Shown piece after piece: positions 53,172 to 64,000 of a stretch of DNA of 64,000 nucleotides; position 1 is the stretch's first letter, and each line of letters opens with the position of its first letter. The notes beneath the pieces were generated by a model. The model ran no database searches, was not told the DNA's origin, and saw only the letters and a list, made by a program, of their open reading frames with translations. Source of the stretch: Gonapodya sp. JEL0774 (Eukaryota); the NCBI GenBank assembly GCA_027604505.1, contig JADIIX010000073.1, positions 1 through 64,000 of the forward strand, given 5' to 3'. Both the position numbers and the translations under genes were made by a program.

Positions 53172-54193
53172 GGCGGGATTTGCGAGATGAGAAGGTGAGT
53201 GAAGTTTGATTTTGGTCTTGCTGGTGAGGAGCGGGGTGGGAGTACCGTTGGAATGCGAGGGGAACTTGGGGGTCACAAACGAGGTGAGTTCTATACCAAG
53301 CGCGAAGATACAGCGGCTCAAGGCCAAGTTTTGTCTGCTCACATGCTGGTTAGAGTTTTGAGAGTGCGAAGAGTAGGTGGGCTGGTTTGTAAGTGGAGAA
53401 AGATGGGTGGAATGCTCAGTACTAGTCCATGCAATGCCTTAGAAGTGACCGTAATAGAAATGTAACGATTGCAATTTCATTTCCAGTTTTACCGTCGGAA
53501 ACCAACGGCCAAACCGCCGTCCGTTCCAGAATTTCCGGTTTGGGAATGTGGCTCACCGCGTTCGCACGGGGATTCCTCGACGATTCAAAGGTTTACGGGC
53601 ACCGCGAGACGCTCAAATACACGCCGTGATGGATGAAAGTCGACTGCGCTGGTCGTCCCTGGTCCTTGTGGCTTCACAACAAAAAAATTGGACAAGAGGG
53701 GGAGGTGGAACAGTCTCGGACAGTCGTGGTCGCAGACGCTTGTATCGGAGGATTCCACCGCAGAAAGATCAAGCGGAAAGATGTGGTTTCGATTTCGCTT
53801 GGGAAAGTAGTCCCTCTTGGTGAAGGACTTTTTGGGTTGTGATGAGGTTCGACAGAATCCGTGCACAGTGGGTGGGTGGTGGGCAAGGCAAGGAATTTTT
53901 TGTGAGCTTCGCTTCCCACCCCACATGTAGACAGTAATAGCCGCACAAGTTTTGAATTGTGTTATTGAAACCGTATTCCAACTTTATTTCAAGCACAAAA
54001 GCGTCATCCCGAGAGACCTCACGTTGGCGCTGGCCAATCGATATTTGCACATGGCCCACGTTACGGTCGCAACATTACTTCAACACGTCGCCAATGCATC
54101 AACCGCTTCAATTGGACCTGGCCACTGTCTGCCTTTGTCAAACATCTTGATGTTGCCAGAGTCAATCAGGGGGAATCCACGAAAGTCAGAGCT
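49497..54193. repeat. Duplicated cassette, long block, copy B
   Basis: Direct copy of 40384-45090. Confidence 0.97.
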
Positions 54194-54742
54194 CCTGGTC
54201 TGATGATGACGTATGTTGAAGCATGGTTCATTTTCTCGCGTGATACACAAGCTCTCCGCTTTCAGTGGCTTTCTCAAGTAACAGACTTCCAAATACCATC
54301 GAACTCGCTGAGACAAATGTGGAAAATACCAAAGTTTTCCTTCAAGGAGAGAGGTGAAGGGGTGTCGTCATCCCAAACCAGCGGAAGTGCTCTGGACTCT
54401 CGTAATTGCCTCCTCTTGACATTCATTCTAGTTTGCATCTCAACACATTGAAATTGAAAGTCCCCTGTTCTCCCTGCCGTGATGTCTCCACAAAGTTTCG
54501 GATTGCAATTCAACATTGAAGGGGTACCTGCTTCCCTATCAATCACGTCCGTTGCACCACTTTAAAAGGCTTGTTCAGTTTGTTCGTGCGGAAGACAATT
54601 TACAAGAAAAGCCTGGCAACGGATTGAGAACGCCAGGTGTGTGCAGTGTGTGCACCCCTTCCCCGCCCCACACACCACTCCCCACGCCCCACCCGGGAAA
54701 ACACATCTTCATATCTAAATAACAAGTTCTCTGCATATCCAA

Positions 54743-54814
54743 GGGGGTGTAACTCAGCGGTAGAGTGCTCGCTTTGCATGCGAGAGGCCGGGGGTTCAAA
54801 CCCCTCCACCTCCA
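54743..54814 (+). tRNA. tRNA-Ala (anticodon TGC), intronless
   Basis: Cloverleaf: acceptor GGGGGTG/CACCTCC with the G3:U70 alanine determinant, D arm ACTC/GAGT, anticodon arm CTCGC-TTTGCAT-GCGAG, T loop TTCAAAC. A T-run terminator follows at ~54820. Confidence 0.97.
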
Positions 54815-55614
54815 GTGAAATTTTTGTTTTTGGCTTCCCCCGTTTCACCCAATCATGTGGCGCCTGAGCGTTCTGTGGGCAATCCGGCTCATTTTCCTAG
54901 CGTAGTGCTTTTTTACTGATAGCCTCTTGTGGTATTGACACCTTGCACATGACCACAACCTCCACATGCATAATGGCACATCTAGCCACACACAATAAGA
55001 TCACACTTCACTTCATCTCACACTCCAGGCCTATCACTAGGCCAGCATCCCGTCATAGAGGGCTGAGACCGATACGTAGTGACATCCCCACTACAAGCCC
55101 AAAGTGAGCAAAGGGAACGAGTTCTTGGAAAAGGTATCAATGGTGGTGAAGCTGTTGTGTCACCGTGACGGTTCCGTGAGTCCAGCTTGTATTCCCTATG
55201 CTTTTGGTAGATTCGTTTTAGATATCTAGTACGTGTATCCATATACTAGACTGTGGTCGACCCCCCGTGAGCGTAGTGTGGTTTGTGATTGTGTGTGGGT
55301 GGGGACCTGCTTCTGCCGCACAACTAATCGTGGCACTCTGTTGTAAAAATGGTACAATGACACACAAAAGAGGGCCAATCGGTGCTATGGTGGAGCTGAA
55401 GATTCTGGTCTGTCGCAACAGGAGGAATGGAAGGCGGTTTTGTCAGCTGTTGACAGGACACAACCCACTGCCCGGCAAGTCAACGTGCCAGCCGACGTCA
55501 CCGGTCAACAGAGCTTTGGAGGACTCTGATGGGATGCCATTAGAAAGCTCTTCTTGCGGGAGTGTCTTTTGCCAGTGCTCCCGGATAATGGTTTGGACAT
55601 GAATAGAGCGCAGT

Positions 55615-55737
55615 GGGGAGCCGCAGGGAGTGCAAAGGCCGGGGAGCCGCAGGCACAAACAGAGAGTGCAATGGCCGGGGAGCCGCAGGCACAAACAGAG
55701 AGTGCAATGGCCGGGGAGCCGCACAAACAGGGAGTGC
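55615..55737. repeat. 36-bp minisatellite (2 perfect + 2 deleted units)
   Basis: GGGGAGCCGCAGGCACAAACAGAGAGTGCAATGGCC occurs at 55641 and 55677, with shortened units at 55615 and 55713. Confidence 0.92.
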
Positions 55738-58700
55738 GCACACGTTTACATGCTTAGCTTTTAGAGTTGGCATGTAGTTTTCTATATCCACTTTCAATAC
55801 ATGAGTCAACTCCTTCGTTCAGCACAGAATCCGCACGTTGCGGTCTGACTTGGTGCACCTGCCAGCGCGGGGCCTGCGGAATTTTCGATCCACGCACCAT
55901 TAGCAAGGGCTCATGAATAGACAGTTGTAGAGGAAAGCATTTAGGTATCCCCGTTATGATGCAAGCCCGTGGCCTGGGGGCACTTTCGATCCACCAACCA
56001 CCAGCACTCACAGTTGAGAGCGCACAGCGCGTAGTTTTGGCTTAGACATAAATTTGAATGTATTTGGTTTGCATTACAGTGTAGCACGCTTCCTTTGTGC
56101 TTATCTACGGGTTCGGGGGTGTGGAAACCTATATAACACCCGCTTCGCTAATGAGAACAGCACAACCCCGAGGTCTGACGGCTCATGCCGCACCTCTCAT
56201 AGTGGGCGGTTCTCGTGAGCGGAAACAAGAACGCAGGCGGGAAGCGCCCACCCGGAAAGTCCCCACGATCATTTTGATCAGCGCATTCACTCACCTTCCT
56301 TCACTGAGGCCCGTTGACTCCACAGTATCCATCGGACACACAGAGCACGTTTTCATTGTATTTAACGTTTTTGATTGGAGTCGGAGGTCGGAGAAGCTCG
56401 TGGTGGGCGGGAAAGTTGGTGCTAGAAGGGAGAAGGTCGGCAACCGCGAGACCGAGAGCGAATGATGATTCACTCATAACCGCTGTCACGGCTCAATAAA
56501 CGCGCTGGAGAGAGCTGCACTCGCAGTTTCTGAGGGGACGGAGTCAAACTGCGTCCAGCATATGTGATTCAGCAACAGAGCAGCCGAACGCACTCACCTT
56601 GACCCAGAGCTGACTGGTCCAGTTTTCCACCATTTTCCCACCGTTCACGTTTCTTAATGGAGATGGAAGCCCGCGATAGGGGTGGAAGTCCGCGATAGGT
56701 GCCCCGTTCGCTTAGTCCGGTGACGGGCCGGGGTCTGACATCCAACGACACCAATCGACCAGTTCCCGTGCATCAAACATCCAGCTCATCATTTTCATGG
56801 ATTTCGCGGATTGATTTCGCGGTGGTTTAGCGATGCGAAGAGGGCAGGGGGGTGCTCAAATGCGGATCTTCGCCTTCTCCATCGCGGGTGCTCCACCCGC
56901 AGACACACCCGCGCAGTAAAATCGAATGCTCATCATCGGAGCTTCGTTCACCATAAGTAGAGTACGATTTAATACATGTACTTTTGATTTCCGCCGAACT
57001 CTCATTCGCGATGTGGACACCCACAACACGAAGAGCGCGTGGGAAGGGGGTACAAATCGTACAACAGCTCGTCGTAACTTTGTGCGGAATCGATTCGCAT
57101 TTACACATCTGTGCCGTATTGGTGTCCCCCACGTTCCGTTCCCGACTTCTATTCTTTGGTAGCTTTTGACGTCGTCCAAACCACCTTTCGAGTTGATTCT
57201 CGCAAACTGCGGCCGTTTTTCTTCGCTCCTTTTCACCATAGACCGTCTGTAGCATGAAGATTTCGAATTAATTATTTTTAGCCTCTGCGCGCGTCGAATC
57301 AGAGTACGACAAAGAATCGACACAGGCTTGTTCTCCGTTTGTCTTTGCGGCTCCAGCCTGCAGTGCTGCCGTGCGCCAGCCGGTCTATCCGAGAGCAGAG
57401 CTATCAAATTATTAAATTGTCAGTCTCTTAGGGGACCTGCAGCCAGGTTTTCTCCGTCTTGATACCTTGGCCTTTCCTCCTGCCACTTCCAACCTTTCGG
57501 CCCTGGAACCCCGCCTCAGCGTCAGCCGTCAACCCATCTCACTCCGTTCTTTTCCCACTGATCTCCCACCCCCCAAGTTCAACGAGCCTCCAGACTCCTC
57601 TTCCCAACCTGCAGTCTCTTTGAGCGCCCTCCGCACAGCAGATCTCGCTCGGATTTCCTACATCAATGGGATCGGAGGCGATGTGGTGATCTGGCTTGAT
57701 GTCCCCGCTGCGCTCGATCCTGCCCTCACTGCGTGTCCCCCGATTGGTGAGTTCAAACTCCTCGACGTTCTCATGGTGAATAAAACCGCAGTACTTGTGG
57801 AACCTGCCCCACATCCAGGAGCGCGCGCTGGTTGGTCCATCTGCCAATTGATGTCAAGGACTTCCCTGTCACGTCCGAGCTCGGAGTTTCTTTTTGGCAA
57901 GGATTTCGACTTGTAGAATGCTTTTTGTGTGTGTGTATCCATTATCAGGCATGGATCTCTCCAGAGCTTTTGAATCGGAGCAGGCAACTTGACTCGGTCG
58001 ACGGTCACTCGCTAGTTGCTCATGGGCCTTCCTCCAGCTGGTCATCATGCTCACCTCATCCGTCTTCGGCAGATGCAGAACAGTTACACTATGGGGTGGC
58101 AGCAGGTTCAAGGTTGCTGCTACGGACGAAATTTTTCCAACAACCCAGAATGTCACCGGCATTGCACGTGGATGATGGATCTGGTCGTTCTCCCATCTTG
58201 TTGCAAATGCTTGCCAGGGGGTATTGTGGCTATCTCCGGATTCGGATCGTGGGGATGCATCGGGCAAGAAGAGTTCTGGCCCTTACTGCCACAAGTACAA
58301 CAGCATCAAGCGGTGCACTGCACAGTGGCCTTTGGCTAGTGGCCTCACTTTAGTGGAAGGTCTGGTTGTTGCCGCGGGATGAAACCTCAGACCAGGCAGG
58401 CACGGTGTGGCCCTCCCAAAGAACAAACGAGAACGTCCACAGAGGAATGTAGTGGGTGCAACGCTGATGAACACTGAGACGGAGTCTAGACAGGACATAA
58501 GGACAACAAGGAGACGCCGCAGGATGTTCTCACCTGTGCAAACGGGCACCATCGCTCCTCAGCACTGGTCTGCTCTTCTTGTCCCGGGGACGGGATCTCA
58601 ACAGAGATAATTGACACGCTCCGGCTGTTGTCCAGCACGATGAAGACGGCTGTGTTGGGCATTGTTGCCTTGAGGGCAAGAGCTGGACGTCTTTGGTGGG

Positions 58701-59390
58701 TCCGTTGCGCTCTAGCTGGCCTGGTCTTCTTGAGTGTGTTCGCCATTATCACTGAGCTACAATTGAAATACATTGGCGCAGTTCTGTTGTCGAGGGCTGG
58801 GGGCTTGTCAGACGGGGAGCGGTCAAGGAAAATACTTTTAAGGTTTGCCGATGGCTTTTGAATGTTTGTCGTCCCCATAGGACACTTGGATGGAACGGAT
58901 CCCAGCGGTTGCGTTGGATCATCAGGGAATCAGGCTCAGGAATTGGGATCCTTTGTAGCACAACATTCGGCAGTCCAGTACCTGACCTTCCTCTCCAGGT
59001 TGCACCCTTGAAACAACGTGTTCCCTGCACGTGAACCGCACTGAGTCAGAGGGAGGTCCTGGGGATTAGCTGCAACCTGCATGATTTGAGAATACCTTTC
59101 ATCCGCCTCCTCGCTCACATCAGCATGTGCATAAGACACTTAATGTACGTGGTACATGAAACATGTACCATCTTAAAAGTTTACAGTAGGCAGCACATGC
59201 TGGACTCAAAGGTTACTACAACGCGTGGCTATGAAATTTTGACATTTTTGTCCAGAAAAATTCATTGGTCACAAATGATTCAACCAACTGGGCGATTCTG
59301 ATTTTCTATATATGGTTGCTACATGTTGAAAACAGCACGAGCATTGCCCGACCAGCAGGGAATATGCGTTGTTCGTTCACATCTGCGCTT

Positions 59391-62300
59391 CTAAGCACCA
59401 AAAGGATTCCTTCCGAGACCCAGAAGTACGAAAGAATACACTGTCGTTGCAAAAATCAGAATGCTCAAAAATGTGAGGAAGCTAAATGCAACTGTCCTGG
59501 GCCGAACCCGCCACCACGATGGCAGAGCCTGAAAGGCAGGGCTTACAAAGTTCGGTTCAGTGGGAAGAGTTTTGGTTCGTGCCAGCCCACGAGCAGGGCG
59601 CTCGTCCTCTGAGTCGGATTCCATTTCAGCATGGCGCCGCTCCGGAGCAAGTAGAAGTGGGGTCGAGGAGGTGGTGGATTTGTTGGACCTCGATGTACGT
59701 CCCAGACTGTCGTCATTGCGTTCTTCAGCCTGGGGACCGGAATCAGCTTGCGTGGCAAGGCCCAATGGGAGAAAAGTACGACTCTTCTCATCTTTTGGTG
59801 CAATCGAGTCGAACCGAACTTGACGGGCATCCATGTCTTTTGATCCACGGACAGTTAGAGCCACAGGACTATCCAGAGAAGTCCTCTCACCACGCATCAT
59901 CTCCTCCTCTCCCGAGAGACGAACAGAGTCAAGGCTTTTGCTACGAGTCATTGATCGATCCAATAAGCCTCTTGGCCTTTCTGATGGTGGGGGGGTGGGA
60001 TTGGCAGCCAAGTAACCTTTGGCAATGTCCGCAACGTCTTCCTTCGCTTGCTTCTCTCCGTAATTAGACCATGTCAAGTCCCCATCATCATCACTCACTT
60101 CGTCGTCATCGTCGCTCGGCAGAGTGACCGGAGCGAGGAACGATGGCCTCATTTTACGAGCAGCCCCTTCACCCCCCCTTTCCAACTCCGCTAAGACTGT
60201 CTCGCTTTGTGCAGAAGACATACCCCAACGCCGAGTCACGGATCGTGGAACCAACCCGGCCCCAGGTTGTTTCACATCATCTAGGATATCGCGCCGCCAT
60301 CTACTTGTCGCTCCCGGAGAAATGAGAGAACTCCTCCGTCCAGTCGTGCGTCCGATGCTCAGTTTTGATGGATCGTGTCCGATACCTGAGACAGTAGTGT
60401 CGTTCTCTTCGAGCATTGAATATCCGTCTCGAGAAGATCCTTTGGGGATATCAGGGAGTCCGGCCGCATCTAAAACCTTTGACGCTGATCCGCTCACAAG
60501 AGAGGTAATAGTAGTGTTTGATGAGCTTGCCGACCCATGCTCCGAAGCTGGTATTAAATTTGAGGAAACACCAAACGGCGCAACTTCCTCCGCGTCCGGG
60601 TCCCAGCCATCCCCATAGTCCACTTTTGCATTTGTCTTGGTAAGTATTTCATTGAAATTAACATCGGAGAAAAATTTATCCAGGCGTGGTTTGTCGCTTT
60701 TCCTACGAGACCTGCGATCAAGTCGGTCGATATATCGGTGAATAGACTCTGATGACTCATGAATGAAACGAAGGAGACGCCGTTGGTGTTTTGTCAGTGC
60801 TGATAGTTTGAAGCACAGCCAAGTTACTTTCCCAATCGAGGAATTCTCAGGGGAAAAAAGGTCTTACGTTGGCCTTTCTCGTAACGATCCCTGAATGATG
60901 TGGCCCTCAAGTATATCAAAAAAGGAATAATGAAATTTGCCGTCGAAATGAATATAAGGCCGATCCAGTTTGTCCACGTGCTCACGATTGTGCCCGTCTG
61001 CATGGGAAGGCTGACAAGCCATGGGAGCACATGGGAGAAAAACGTCGCGACACCTGAGCAAAAAAGTGAGAATTCAGTGGTGAGATTAAATGCGCGAACG
61101 GTGCAAAGTGGGATTTGTTGCTACACCCACGGTACGAAAGTATCTCATTTTGCACGAGGTTATTCCGAGCGACAATACAGGCCACTGGAATTGAGGCCAT
61201 CAGCACGGAAAGTGTGAACATATAACTGTTTATTGAGGATCGATCAAAGGTTATGTAAACCCAAACTCGTGAACAGTGCGACTACAACATACCCAAATAT
61301 TCGGCTCACAGTCCCAAGAGTCCCAGGAACTTGACTGGCCAGTGCAGTCAATAAACTCGGGACATTTTCGAATGTAAGGGCTCCAAAAACTCCAACAAGA
61401 ATGTAAACCACTGTAGCACCCCCAGTTGCTGACCAAATGGAGGTGGTAACAGGTACGTGCTTCTGCTTGACGTTAATCCACGATGGTACCGTTATGATGA
61501 ATCCGAAATTAGTCATAGCAAGACCAGGTGCAGCTGGGATACTCGCTATACGTCAGGGGATGGAAAGAGTGTGAATTGACAATGCGCTTTGAAGACAGCA
61601 AAGCAAACGAAAACGATGGAGGATTCTTACGTCCAAAGGCGGGAAGTGCAACATTAAGCCCATTTATGAAAAATGTTATAAGCCATTGTATGACGATTAT
61701 CACAGTGATGATAACAGCACCTAAATTGTTCACACTTGTCATCACGTGGTCACGGAAAACTATAGACGAGGCACCGGGCATACCAATCTGAGACCAGATG
61801 TTATCGTCTAGATTGAGCGTGCCAAGCGGGAACACAATACAAAGGGCGACCTGGGATGGTGGAACAGGCGACCGAAGTCACTCTCAAACATTGTAATCAC
61901 GTCACCTCAGTCCCTCACCAATGTTCCAAGTGTCAAAAACATGGGGACGTCACCGAAAGGGCTTGGCGGAGTACCCATATTCGCCACCGATTGCAACGCG
62001 TCCATCCCGATACAGAACGCAGGCGACGTTGCATTGAGCATTGGATTCACAGATAGCGGATTCGGCGTGAAAGCAATACCACAATTTTTGCGGAAGATAG
62101 CCATGATCAAGGTGTCGAATTGCTATTACGAAAATGTGATGTTTTTGGGTCGCTTTTCGGGAAGGCCAGTGCCCAATTACCTGAATGGTCAATACGATAT
62201 TCGCAACATTAAGACCCTGCAATGCAGAAAAGAGGATGAACTGGCCAAGGAGGTGCAGGTACTTGTTTTCAAAGTAGAAGTTGATAAGAGTGCCGAACTC

Positions 62301-62788
62301 GACTGTCCCCTGATCCAGGCAAGAAATCCCGATTAGCACAAGACAGACTTTATCCGTGGTTGTAATGTGCAGGTACCTGAAAATGGCGATTCCCCGGAAC
62401 GTTCTGCATACTTTCCACGAGGAACAAGCTACTGATAGTCCCCATGAGGAAAAAGAGAATAAAGCATGTGAACGCTGGAACCCATCCGGCCTGTTGAAAA
62501 AGTTGTGGGACATAGACAAGTCCTGGACCGGACAAGGAGTTGATGAGCAGTGAGAGACCGCCAACAATTCCACTGGGACCGTCGATTGCAGCGACACCAA
62601 TTAGATCCAGTCAGAAACGTCACAGTCACGACAGCCAGAGGAATCACCGGAGACCCAACGTACACAGTTTTCGCCGAGACCAGTTTCTTGTAAGTCATCC
62701 GCCTTTTAAGAACTGTGTGCCTTCCAACATTCCCACTTCCGCTCCCATCTGCATCAGAAGCGAAAGCGACGCGCGGTGCCTCCACCAT
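59391..62788 (-). CDS. Amino-acid/auxin permease (Aa_trans) family transporter with a long cytosolic insert before the last TM helix
   Basis: Motifs GIVGGLSLLINSLSGPGLVYVPQLFQQAGW, SSLFLVESM..VPGNRHFQ, PLGTLNLDDNIWSQ, NFGFIITVPSWINVK, SIPVACIVARNNL and NWIGLIFISTANFIIP are present. Confidence 0.88.
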
Positions 62789-63273
62789 CGCCTATTTCCG
62801 CAGTGTGGAAGGATATGCCAGATGGAGAGAAGAAGCAGGTGTTTGCGTGCTTTGATTGTGGTGAACTGCACTACACTCGAGTGGAGCCGACATTGTCCAC
62901 GATGTGAAATGAGTGACCACCGCCTCACTTGAAGCCACCCTCAACCACACATGTCACACGAAAAACGACCGATTTCGTGCAAAATCTTTCAACACAATGT
63001 TAACGATCTTACAAACAAAGCGCCGCTACAGATTGCCTCAAAGTAAGGGAATGCAATCTCCAAACTTCAGTCCAGGGAGTCTGTAGTGTACAGCAGTCTT
63101 CTCAAAAAGCTTCAGAGAAAGCTCCCCGCTCCAAATCATGGAAGATTTTGGTTGCTAACCCTGACCTCTTCTCAAACACGACGCTCGACCATTTCCTCAT
63201 CCCAGGTTCACGTGTCGCCGGAAAGTACACCGGTGCGGATTACGCTCTTCACCCATCTTCAAAATTTTAGTTT

Positions 63274-64000
63274 TCAATCTGATCCCGACCTCCGATAAGC
63301 ATCATTCTCGCCACCGTGACCTCTCATCTGTCCGTCTTCCTCCACCTCTTCAAACCGCCCAACTCCAGCAACCTGTGCTCCCGCCATTCCCATAGGGTGA
63401 TCCCCAGCTCCCATTCCCTCGTCAACGTCCATGCTCATTCCATCGGGGCCGTTGACTGTGCGAACGACAACCGCGCCTCTCGGTGTTTGAAGAACAAACT
63501 CGCCGTTTTCAGTCATGGTAAACCCTCCGATCGATTCTGATGTATCATCTTCAGATTCCGAATGCTCGTCTGCAGGAGTGTACTGTGGTGCGCTTCCGAC
63601 TACTGGGTCGTGACCGAGCTCTGCCACATACTTGTTCCAGCGTTCCTTCACAGCAAGAGCCCTGACCAGCAGACAGGTTTGCCGTATAATTACAAAGTCA
63701 AAACGTGACTAAATCAACAAACGGGTAACTGTGTCGATCGTCATTACAACACTCACCATTCAGGAAAGGACTTTCCCTTGAGCAGAGCAACCACCACAAC
63801 AGTCATGTTATCACAACCGATACCACCCAGCTCCGATGCTCGCCGGTCCGGCGCCAGACAGCGGTCCATCTGGTACAAGAGGAAACGTGATTGATGATCC
63901 TTCAAGGCGACTTCCTTCATTTACAGGACTCACCAAATCCTCACATACAACACCGAGGCTCTTTCCTTGCGCTACCGCCTTGCTGACAAAATCACAGACC
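63274..64000 (-). CDS. Protein phosphatase 2C (Ptc2/Ptc3-like), 3' part; 5' end outside window, stop approximate
   Basis: Exons read VCDFVSKAVAQGKSLGVVCEDL and MDRCLAPD...GGIGCDNMTVVVVALL, followed by an acidic tail. Confidence 0.88.

Noticed and set aside
55615..55737. CRISPR-like 36-bp repeats
   Set aside because: Units are adjacent with no unique spacers, the context is eukaryotic, and there are no cas genes.
56130..56560. GGAAAGTCCCC (RNase MRP CR-I-like) and a hammerhead-like CTAATGAG...GAAAC
   Set aside because: I found no complementary GGGGCTYA P4 partner or GARAR loop, and the hammerhead core and stems do not form. An Infernal search would settle it.
54900..59300. Several 60-180 aa ORFs (e.g. 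57467-57916, 57832-58353, 58486-58878)
   Set aside because: No recognisable motifs and no consistent exon chain. They may be decayed genes but cannot be supported.

Overview
This is eukaryotic, intron-rich fungal DNA. It has short GT-AG introns, a Zn2Cys6 regulator and an RTA1 gene. The EBP-type sterol isomerase and the general divergence suggest an early-diverging lineage, which is inference only. Layout: (i) 1-8459 holds two different Plavaka-type (CMC/CACTA-related) DNA transposons only 2 bp apart. The second looks complete, with terminal inverted repeats, a 2-bp CT target duplication, a multi-exon transposase and a divergently transcribed Cys-containing gene of unknown function. (ii) About 8.5-38.8 kb is a run of host genes: RTA1, a Zn2Cys6 TF, an intronless GC-rich AAA_33 kinase beside an assembly gap, BCKDH E1-beta, an AIG1/ADTRP protein, a beta-lactamase-fold hydrolase, a PILS/ECM3-type carrier, ceramide synthase, a long-chain acyl-CoA synthetase, a Msg5/Pmp1-type MAPK phosphatase and an EBP-like isomerase. 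(iii) About 39-54.7 kb is an accessory region with a tandemly duplicated cassette (period about 9 kb). It carries a large orphan multi-exon gene, a divergent orphan gene and a conserved hairpin-rich segment of about 220 nt, and it ends next to a tRNA-Ala(TGC). (iv) The rest is degenerate sequence, an amino-acid transporter and the 3' part of a PP2C phosphatase. Many introns end in AAG rather than YAG. CDS coordinates are gene spans including introns and were assembled by eye.
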